A DNA stretch of 64,000 nt from the NCBI RefSeq assembly GCF_009914755.1, contig NC_060928.1; one strand, 5' to 3'. Position numbers and translations under genes: made by a program. The notes beneath the pieces are model-generated. The model made no database searches and was not told the origin of the DNA. It was given only the letters and a program-made list of their open reading frames with translations. Position 1 is the stretch's first letter; each line of letters starts with the position of its first letter. Source of the stretch: the human T2T-CHM13v2.0 reference genome, Homo sapiens. Shown here one piece after another: positions 14,481-26,023 of this stretch.

Positions 14481-16618
14481 ATTTAATGAAAAAAACTAAA
14501 TCCAAAGCTAAGAAACTATAAATTGTCACTCACCTTTCCATTTAGCATCTCTGACTTTCCTTCTAGGCTAATTTTCCTTCCTCCTGAAGTATACCTTTTA
14601 TAAGTTCCATCAATGAAGGTTTACTAGTGATACTGATTTTTACTTATTAATATTGGTATTATTAAACAATAATTTAATGAAATAATTTATTATTAATTCT
14701 TAATATTAATTGGTTAAAGTTCCATTAATGAAGCTCCCTTTGTTTGCTTCTCTGAAAAATTATTGTTTTGCCCAGTTTTCTATAATGTGTCTATTTGTTC
14801 TGATTGGTATATGTCATGCTTACTGTATCTGTGAATTCATATAGTCTCTTAATTCTAGAAAATTCTCAGTCATCTTCTCATCAAACAATGCCTCTCTTCT
14901 GTTCCCTCTGTTCTTTCCTTGTGCTCCTTAATTACATTTGCCTTCAGCCATCTCAATCTGTCCTCTACAGCTTCTAATTCTCTTTCACATAATCAATGAA
15001 AATAGATCATTCCACATGATCAGTTAGGTTTACCCCAATATTCCCACCCAGAGAAACAATATTCATACAGATAATTACGTTGAATAATACATGTGAGGGT
15101 GAAGAAGAAAAAAAAAAAAAAAAAATCAAGAAAATTGATCACGTGAAACTGATCATAATCATATCATCATCATAATCATGATCAGTTTCACATGATCAAT
15201 TCTCTTATCTCTGTGCTGCTTTCCAGAAGATAGCTTCAGATTATTTTTCCAGTTCACCAATTTTTTTCTTCAGCTGTGTTCATTCTGTCTATACATTGAG
15301 TTTTCAAGTTTGACAGTTATAGTTTTTATTTTGTGAAAGGTTCATGTGTGCATTTGTTTTCTGTGGGAGGAAGTCCTTTGTAAAATCTACCTAGCTATTA
15401 TTTATAGTCTCTTTTTAAATTTTAACTTAATATTTTTTCTTTAACATCTTAAACAGTTCATTTATATTCATGCATCTTATAGAGAGTGATGGAATGAGAC
15501 TGATTCATGCTTGAGCATCATGGAAACGTTATTATCTACTTTCCAACTTGGCTCCCAAGTTTATGATAGGTCCTTTAAAAGCAAATGAAAAAGGAAGAGG
15601 GGAAAGGTGGACCTGTTCATTGAGTAGAATATTTAGGGAGATTGCAAAGAAGGCATGGATATCCAACCCTCTGCCAAAGAGAATGTCCTTGATTCAGTCA
15701 GCACCCAGGCAGTTCCAAGAGCACAGCTGTGGGTTATCCGCAGTTCTCCACTTCGGGATCTGTGTATTTGTCATTCTGGTATCCAACATAACACATTTTC
15801 TCTGTGCAATGGGAAATCATATCAGAATCCTTGATTTTTCTTCTTCTCCCTCACATATATTATTCAAAGTAATTATCTATAACAATATTGCTTCTCTGGG
15901 TGAGAATATTGGGGTAAACCCAAACCATTTCCCAGTTAAAGATGCCAGGAGTAAATATAGATAGCAAAGAACCTGATACCCCAAGAAACCAGTTTCTACC
16001 ATGATCTGGGGGATTTTCTCATATGTTACTATTTAATTTGCTTTAATTGTTTCTTCATTTATCTTTATGATCCACTAGGGAAATTGAGATTATTCCTAAA
16101 ACCCCACATGATATTTCTGCATAAATTATTATTGAATAAATGAATGTGTGAATAAGATTATCAAGACTATATAAATGTTACTTTATTGGTAGGCAGTCCT
16201 CCCATTTTATCTCCCAGTGGACCATCAAAACAAATGAAGTTAAAACAAATAAAGACAACTAGATATAACATAAGAGCACCTCCCCTTTAACTTTCTCTCC
16301 GCTTTGGAGGACACCAGAGATTATTTTCTTATGGCATTTGTATCAAAACTCAAAAGGGAAAAGCATGGTATATAAGAAAGTCTGACAAACACACCGTATT
16401 TGGATCACACCCTTGTGTAACTTGGTCAAGTTCACATGCAACACAGAAATAATTTCTAACTTTCAGGGTTATTGAGATTAAATTAGACACTGTCTGTAAA
16501 GCACCTATCATAGTATTGGCACATAGTAGGCCTTCAAATAATAGAAATTTTCTTGTTCTTAAATATTATTTTTCTTTGATGATTGTAAGACTAATTTCTC
16601 CCTTTTACATTTCTATAG

Positions 16619-16763
16619 ATGCAGCCTTCTACCAATGCTGAAAACGAGAAGACATGGCAAGAGATATCAGATGAGATCAAGAAGATATTTAAGGCTGCTG
16701 TAAAGCTGTTACACGAAAAGGGTAAAATGAAACACAGCCAGGCTAAGAGGTACCTGTTCTCAG
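16619..16763 (+). CDS. NWD2: NWD2 internal coding exon (probably exon 5; 145 nt, phase 0-1); absent from the ORF track
   Basis: Pyrimidine tract ttctcccttttacatttctatag|ATG, donor CAG|gtaatt; encodes MQPSTNAENEKTWQEISDEIKKIFKAAVKLLHEKGKMKHSQAKRYLFS; phases fit both neighbouring exons. Confidence 0.92.
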
Positions 16764-17044
16764 GTAATTTTCCCATACCTTCAGTAAAATAAGAAATATA
16801 TCATTAATAGGTACATCTACTGCTTCCCTTTAATGCCCTGCAAATTTAATCTCATTTACTGCCTGGTGAAATTTAATTTTTCTAAATGTTCCCATGTTCT
16901 GGAGAAGCAAATGTTCTTTTGTTTTAATTATAGAAAAGCCTTCCCTTAACTCTAAGGCTTCTCTAGAAAATGTGATTTTAAAAGAAGCCAGAGGTGGCCC
17001 CGGATATAATTGACCATATTCTGCCATGATTTCTCAGTTGAGCT

Positions 17045-17700
17045 GTTCATTCATCACTTACCCGCTTATCCAGCAAATATTAATGGATCTATTGAGTTCC
17101 TACGTGCCAAGCACTGGGGAGACAACACTGAGTAAAAACACAAGGTCTCAGGCCTCCTGCAACTTATTTTTTTAGAGGGAGGAAAAATATTCATAAAATA
17201 TATATTCATAAATGATAGCCAAGTAATCAAATAAATGAACAAGATCGTATCAAAAGTGATTGATAAGTATTATGAGTAAAATAAAGTACAGTCATAGGAT
17301 AATAGTGACTGATAAAGGATGTGGGGATCCAGATTTAGATGAGGTGGGCAAAAAGGAGAGGACTTTGGACCTGAATTACGGAAGAAAATCAGAACTGACA
17401 GTGCCATATGCATCTAAGGTAGAGAATTCCCAGCAGAGGGAGCAACAGATTTAAGATCTCTGAGACAGGAACGTGCTTAGCTAATTCCAGGAGCAGGAAA
17501 AATAAAAGATAGCTTTACTTTTTTTTTTTCTTTTTTTTTTTAACTTTTACAGAGAGGGAGAGATGAGGATAGAAGTTGGGCACAGGCCATAATAGGAAGC
17601 TTGTGTTTTATTCTGGGCGAGATGGGAAGCCATCAGAGGGTGTGGCACAAGGGATTTGGTAGGATCTAATTTAGCATTAAAATAAAAACCTCTCCAGCTA
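17045..17700. mobile_element. L2 fragment
   Basis: ttcattc..cagcaaatatt..cctacgtgccaagcactggg L2 3' end motifs, highly diverged. Confidence 0.55.
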
Positions 17701-19959
17701 TTTGGTAGGCTCAAATTTAACATTAAAATAAAAACCCACCCAGTTATTCAGGTATACTTCAGTCTATACCATACCAAGCATTCTGCGTACAGAGGCTCAC
17801 CTGTTGGCCTTTCTCAGCCATGGAAAGGAAGCTTTATCATTAGAAGTTGCTCAGGAAATTACAGAACTGAAGGAATATGTCAGTCATAGTTTCCAGGGAA
17901 CAAACACAACTAGTAAAAGTAGTCAGATGTGTAGCATTTATTTTGAAAGTTGATAGTAAAAATTTATAAAGGGAAAAACTATAATAGCTGCGTTTTCAGA
18001 TTGGTTTTGAAATGGTGCGGCAAAGCATTCGTGAAAACCTAAAAGGCACTTGGTAATCATTCTCACTGGATCCATGTGGGTGAAGCTCAGAGAAGTTACA
18101 AACCATTTTGACAAATTCCAGAAGGAAGCTGTTTTTAAAAATTAGGTCTTATTTAAAGTCTTCCTGAAAATACCACAATCATCAGGAATAAGTACTGTAT
18201 TTAAATATATAGATCAGGGTATATCCTTGTTCCTTTGGAACCTTTAGATCCACCTTTGAGGCTCAGGCTCTTCACCTTTATCAAAGACAGAACAACCCTG
18301 TTCCTTCAAGAGCTGTCTTAGAAAAAAGTACCTGGAGTGAAGCTTTCCTATTATTTATGTAAAAAACACCAGTCTGGGGAAGTCATCCTCTTATTTACAA
18401 TCGCACAGCTCCAGTGTTTGGTTATTTCCCTGGCAAACACTTGTCCTAGCTTTCCCCACACAGTGAAGAACTGTGTCCACATAGATAGCCATGTGAAGAT
18501 GAGAAATTTCATGTGAGCCACTACAAGTGGAGTGTTTTCTGCTTGGGGTTATATCTCCTGAAGATATACATGCTCATGACAATTTTACTTATTTTACGTT
18601 CAAACTCCTTTTAAGATCATGTCTGCACAATCAAAATTGCTGACGTGCCAACTCTTTCAAATGGATATAGTATATATTATATTTTTAGAAATCTTGAAAT
18701 AAGAATACTGGATAGAACCTGTTAAAGGTGTATTGTTTATGTTTGAATGTAATTTTTCACACTTCTAGTTTCACCTTTTTAAACAACAGGAGAGGACGAG
18801 AAATAAATTAGACTCTAAAATGGTGCCCTTCTGAGAACATCAAAACTCAGTGGCCTTGGGAATCATAAAGAAATTAATTTCTCATGGATAATAGTTACCA
18901 GGACTGGAAACCTATTTCCACCATTACCTTCAGTGGATGCTCTCACTGGTTAAATTTCAGGACATTAAGGAACATGCAAAAACAGAAAATAAATATAATA
19001 TTCTAATAATGCCCTAAAATTCTAAAATTTATAATATTTATAGATAGGCATCAGAAACTGTGAATAAAATTCCCATAAAATCATAAGCATGCACTTCGCC
19101 TCTAAAAATAACTCTGTAGAGTTGCCTTTGTATCATAGCTCTCATTTATTTAGGTATATTTAAGTCTATACCATACCAGGCATTCTGTGTACAGCATTTA
19201 TCCCCCCTGAGCCAAGCTTAGATGGGCTCTGCCAAATTAGTTTATCTGTATTTCTTTTTTTGCTCCATTTGTGATCAACACTTCTGCTTGATACATCCTT
19301 TTCATAAATGTGATAACAATGTCAAGTTATAGTTGAATTGCTTTCTGGGAGTCAAAGGTGGCAGAGCATATCTCTGATTATAATGCATTATATATAGATA
19401 CTACAGTTTGACCGCTTCCTTTCTCTTCATGATGCTCTCAGAATGTAGCAAGCTGTTAATCCAACCTGCTAGCATTTTACACAGATGTCTAGAAAAGAGA
19501 TGGGTCCAAGGCTGCTTTCTGTAGTAGCTCATGATGTCCAGATTTCTGGCATCTTCCCTTATCTACATTATAACAAGTTCTTACTCTTCCTTAAAAAGAA
19601 TAGTAGACATATGTTTATAAGCTCCTTTAACTGGCTTCCTTAACCAGCTTGCTCAATTAAAACCATTTGTAAAATGTACTGATGCTCATGACACAGCTTA
19701 CTAGGCACTGGTAGCTATGAAAATATCTTTTTCATTTAGGTTGAAAATTTCCATTGAAAGGCTCTCATTACTGAAAAAATATTATCACAAGAGTTCCACC
19801 GAAAGGAACCATTTTTAAATAAAATTCTCACCCTTCTTAATAGTTACATTACAGAATATATGTATATATATTCTAGATTTTGCTTGACATTGGAGTTATG
19901 ACCAGCATGTAATTTTTTTCAATTTATGGCCAGACCAGCCCTGTGTATTCAGAGCCTCC

Positions 19960-20245
19960 CTGACAGAAATTCACAATCTGAGATCAAAGCACCTGCAGAT
20001 TCTGTGGCTGATGAGGGCCAACTTCCCGCTCACAGATGGCTGTCTTCTTGCTGTGTCCTCACAGGGCAGGAGGGCAAGGGAACTCTCTGAGATCTCTTTT
20101 ATATGAACACGACTTTCATTCATAAAGGCTCTGCCCTCATGAACTAATCACCCAAACGCCCCACCTCCTAACACTATCACACTGAAACCTAATCAGGTTT
20201 CAACATATAAATTTCTGGGAGACACAAACATTCAGTTTATAGGGC
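19960..20245. mobile_element. MaLR LTR fragment (MLT1A/MST-like)
   Basis: tctgagatcaa..., ggctgtcttcttgctgtgtcctcaca, ctctgccctcatgaactaatcacc, gacacaaacattcag. Confidence 0.7.
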
Positions 20246-20721
20246 TCCATAATGGATTATTTTTCTCAATGTTCTGTTTTCTCTCACCATTGTATCCTAA
20301 GCGGCTGTCATCGTGCCTGGAATATAAAAGGTGTTCAATGAAGAGCAATTACATGAAGGAAAGGGATGGTGAAGGAGGAAGAAAGGAAGAGCAGCCAATT
20401 TTAAGAATACTTGCTTTGTCATTCATTTCCATTAGCTTATTTTACATATTTTTAATTTTTCCCTGCACAATGATGTTTTCATTACTACTGACCCAGTTTA
20501 AAATTTTCTTATGGGGACACAAATTATTTATAATATATATGTACTTGTGTGCAAGCATATGTATTGTAAGCCATAATACGGTATATGTTAGAAGAAATGA
20601 AGTTATATACTAAGTCACTTTTTCTGTACTTGTTCTGATGGATATTATAACAGTGACATAGATCACCCAGATTGATCAGTCATCAGAATATAATTATATT
20701 TTGCCTTAAAATGTGCTTTTG

Positions 20722-21061
<340 letters not shown>

Positions 21062-21542
21062 CTAGGACTCAATATACCTCAAACAAAATGGTGAGGTCAC
21101 TTTGTTAAGGAAAGACTGACAAGAAACGGTTAACTAGTTACATCCTTCAGCCTCCTCCTCTTTCTTTCCTGGCCCAGATGGGTCCCTGCTGTTCCCTCTT
21201 AGAACCTCTGAAGTCTGAGAGGAAAACTGAGCAGCAATTAGAAATAGTAGATATTAGAAATATCCACTATAACTTTGATATGCTTTCTTTATTATGCTTA
21301 TGTCCAACCTCTTCCTAAACTTGGGGAGAAAATTAGATAATTTTATGTAAAACCTGTTCTCCCGGGTTGCTGGCTGATTAGGAAAAGACAAATAGGAAAT
21401 CAAGAAATTATTCTAAAGATTACTTCGCTACAAACCATAAGCAAAATAATTTACCACTAATGACTAAGTGTTGACTATTGAGAATGTGGGTGTGTTGCTC
21501 CTTTGTTCTAAGCAATAAACTCCTTCTTATATTTTCTTTCAG

Positions 21543-22132
21543 CTATAGAGGATGAGTTTGACTTTGCTCTGGGAAAACAAACTCCAGCATTTCTAAAGAA
21601 GTGTGTTTGCTACATTAGGAAAATTGCTAACATTGAGCGCTTTGTGAAAATCCCAGAGATGGGAAAATACATGGATATAACTGGAACAGAACCGAGGATT
21701 ATTCGGGACCCAGAAGCCCAAGAGAAGCTGATAAAACTCAGGGATGAATTTATTCCTACTATTGTTGCATCATCTAATCTGAGAGTGTACACATCTGTTA
21801 CTCATTGTGACATGAAACTAGGCTACTCCCAAGAAATAGAAAATCATTACATCGAAGGACTTGGTAAACAATTTTATGAGGACATGATTGATATAATTCA
21901 GGCAACGATACAACAGAATTTTGACACTGAAACTGATACACTCTATGATGAAATCCTTCAACATTCATCATTATGTAAAACATACGCCTCCTTCTATGAG
22001 TACAAATGTGAATCTCTAAACATAGTGCATAACTACATTCTTCCAAGCAAAGCTGGACACATCAACCCTCTTATTATATATGGTGGGCCATGCACTGGGA
22101 AGACCCTTCTGCTAGCTGAAGTAGCAAAGAAG
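21543..22132 (+). CDS. NWD2: NWD2 internal coding exon (probably exon 6; 590 nt, phase 1-0) with the NACHT Walker A motif
   Basis: ttttctttcag|CT acceptor, AAG|gtaaaa donor; open frame (A)IEDEFDFALGKQ...PLIIYGGPCTGKTLLLAEVAKK; Walker A at 22082-22105. Confidence 0.95.
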
Positions 22133-25100
22133 GTAAAAGCCTATTCTTTCCCGTGTATATTTGTAAAAACTTGTACTTTTGGAAAATGGTAAATTAATCA
22201 AATTCATTTCTACTTTCTGAGTTTACTATGTGAATTATAGTTGGTCTTTTAGGAGTGAATACTGCAGTGCTTCTTTTTTGCTGGTATAACAGTTATATTG
22301 AGAGAGCAAAACTCATGGGGTACAACTGGAAAGCAAGTTTATTTTTTTCTTTCACTGTTCAGACTCATGTTGTGGGCTAGTTCCCATCCCTCACCCCATT
22401 TGGATGAAAACCCAGGCCAATCTCAATAACTGTTCTCATTCCTTTCAGACAAGGACAAGCCCTCTGGTCACTCCAGTCTGCTAAATCAGTCTCCGTTCAG
22501 TAATGAGTATGTCCAGGCTAAGGTAAAAATGAAAATATCAGTCTACACCTTTCTTCCCCATCTGGGGCCTCTCATAAACAAGGCACCTACAGTGGGAAAT
22601 GGGGATCTTCTTTCTTTTTCCACGTGGCACTTCTTTCTCTCCTTTCCTAATCCCAATGACATTTATGATTCCTATAAAGTCACAGTTTAGGGGATATGGG
22701 AAAGGTAAGGTGGCCAGAAAGTTATTACGTAACCAGTGCTGTTCTGAACTGGACTGTGAACTCTCTGTTCTTAGCACATGTTTAAAGCTGCCTCCCATCT
22801 TGGAGGCCTTTTCATGGCTTCCTGGAGGTCCTTCCCCTCCCGTACCTCTGCCCTATCTTCCCTGAGCATCTCTTACCTACAGTTGCCTAGACACAGGGGA
22901 ATGCATTTTTTTTCTAGCTGGTTACTTCCTCAGCTCCTAGACATCCAGCAATGTGCTTCCAGTACCTTTCTGCTAAGATCCTGTCTACATCCCAGCACAC
23001 TCCTTAGACAGGACCTGCGAAAAGCAAACAGAAACCCTTGTCAGCTCACTGTAGCCTGCCGTCCACATGTAGCACATGGGAAACACTCAGGTATTGTTTT
23101 GCCCTGAGGAACTCTAGACCTCTGGGCCAGTCCCAGCCCTGTAGCTCTGTCTCACTTCTCCATCACAGCAGCTAGGCAGCCTCAGTCACTCAGCCTTCAT
23201 GGTTTCCAGATGTCACTAGGTACCAGATGCCTGTATCCCCAAGCTGTAGGGGGCATTCTATAGGTGGTCCACTAAAGTCCCTTCCTCTTGGCTGGAAGTC
23301 AAGGACAGGCATCTCTCTGACCTCCTTCTAGGGAGGGGGAGGTGAGAGAAACAACCCGCAGCACCCTGATCCCCACGATTTTTCCCTGCCTCTCCAGTCT
23401 TCTTTTTCAGACTAGCAGCGGGTAATCTGTTAACAGTAGCAAAACTGGTTTTCAGAACCTCCCTTTCAAGTCCTGCATGATGGTCTGGAACCTCACTTTG
23501 GAATGTGGTATCTGCTGAGTTGGCTCTTCAGCCTAAACAGGATGAAACTAGTTCCATTATTTTTAACCTCCTCTTCCCTTAGTGTCAAAGTGTGGTGGTT
23601 TATTTTATTATGGTGTTAATTCTGAAGCTCTGTGTTATTCTTCCCATGGTGACTCTCTTAAGAACAGGACTTTCTTTAAGTTCACGAATATTCTCATAAC
23701 CTGTCATGTGCTACATAATCTCAAATTGGTCCTCTTGAAGACAAGAACAGAGACAGTTGCATTACACTGTATGTGAGGATTAGGTTCCAAAGTAAGCCCA
23801 TAGGTGAAATCAGGTATATTCCATTTACCTTTGAAAAGTCCATAGGAAGTCTAATTTGCTTTTTCTTAATCTATCAAGCCCAGCTGGGTTTTCTGCTTAT
23901 GTTAGAAGATATAGCTTTTTCTTTAATTAAGCACCAGATGAAGTAGCAGGCTTGTATTTAGGGTCCACATTGCATTGCATAAATTGTGTATGCATATGTT
24001 TATGTGCCTTTGAACAGGAATTTGTATGTGTATCTTCAAACTTTAGAATTATTCCAAGTAAGCAAGATAGTAACACCATGAGGGGCACCTGAGAACTGAA
24101 ACCAAATGAGTAAACATTCACATATGCCATTTTGTAATCACCCTAGGGCCCTTTTCCTTGTGGAGGAAAGGAGCATACAGGCCGCTGGAGGAAACAAATA
24201 TCGTTCAATTTGACTAAGTCAAAGGTTCATGTGATGCACCTCCACATGCTCTAGCACAAGAGGTCAAGACTTATGTGGGATGTGCTGATTCCCTGCACAG
24301 ATAAGCAGTCCCAGTGAGGCAGAGTGTGGTAACTGTTCAGAGTTGGTCAGTTTAAGGAACAGCTTTCTGAGCTCTTGCTCTTCTAGATATTTTGTCCAAT
24401 AGCCTGAGTCTGTCTATTGACTATCCAGGAGTCGGGTCCTCCAAGAAACTGTGCCTCTTTTTAGGTCCTCTGCCTGCGCTTCACTTACCTTTCTCCTGGG
24501 GAATGTCTGACTCACCGTCAACAACAACCTGTACCGTCCTGTGACCTCATGTCCCTTTGAGGATGCAGATAGATATCTCATTTTTATCTCATGTGTCACC
24601 CAGCATTTCCATGACCATGAGCTCGTGATGGTAGGGCTGCTCTCTACAGACATCACATGTTCAGCAACATGTGACTGGGAGGACGGAGGAGGATGCCTGT
24701 AGTTATCATAAGCAATCAATGTAGAAACAAACCGGTGTTTTCAGATTTACCACCAAAGGATAGTTGTTGAATGACAAGATTATCTTCCTTGAAATCAGCT
24801 TCAAAGGTTGAGGCTAAACAACAGCAACGAAATGTTTATTTTCCTTAACAGCTCCTTATAAAACTGACCTCCATAAATCTTTCTAATTTTATTCATGCCT
24901 TAACCTGAACTATCTCTCCTGAGGAAGCAAAGTTCACAAACTTACCTCCTAATGTGTAAAATCACTCTTCCTTATCTCAGGCATATCCTTGGTAAATTCC
25001 AAGGATAACTGAAAGACTTTATTTTCCTAAAAATACTCATTGGAGTATTTTATGCCTTGGGCATATTTCTTCTTATACTGACCTTTCAAAACAGAAAGAC

Positions 25101-26023
25101 TAAACTTAGTGGGCTCCTCACATATTTTATCCTTTAACACCACAGAGTATTTAAGAAATGAAAGAATGAAAAGTCAGGTATGACTTCTACTCCAGCTTTG
25201 TCTCTTGGTGACCATTTAACTCTGAGCAGTCATTTATCCAGCTTGGGCCTCAGTTTCCTCTCCTATTAAATGACACTGTAATCTCATCTACCCTTCAGAG
25301 AGATAATGTGAGGACTGATGGCTGCATGTATATAAAATCAACTATCTGTTACAAAGCACAACGTTTAACAAAGCTCTTTTAACCACCATTCTGTGGATTT
25401 TATAACAGATAAATAATAATCAAAATTATGACCCTATAACACCATAAAATTATCTCTAAATCATAAAAGATTATATTCAAAGTAATTTCAGTACTGAATA
25501 TTTTTATTGCTTTCTAATTAATTGGAAATTTGGTCAGCCATATATGACATTATATGCTCTCAATTAATGCATATATTTAACTTAATATAATATGTAAATC
25601 ATTACTTATCCATTCATTAAACACTTACAAAGGACCTACTGTGTGCCAACAACTGCACCAGGAAATGGGTATTCATTCAGTGATACAAAGCTGACCATAC
25701 TAGATATTTATATTTATAATTCATGAAACACCTTGTATCTTCTGGAATACAAGCTAAATATTGCCGAATGAGTGAAAAATACTATTATTGCTACTTTAGT
25801 ACACTCAGTAGGGGTAATCCTGAGGGTCTCACCTGTAGATTTTGGTACACAAGCTTCATGGCAGTTCTTTGGCCTTCTCAGAGGGTTTTTCCAATTTTTG
25901 GTCCTAAGCTATTTCCTGCACAGCAGAGGAGACCAGAAATCTGAGCTCTGGAGAGAGGCAATGTTATCACATATGACCATGTGAATACATATTACCATTC
26001 TAAACTCCACTTTTGTGTTTCAG

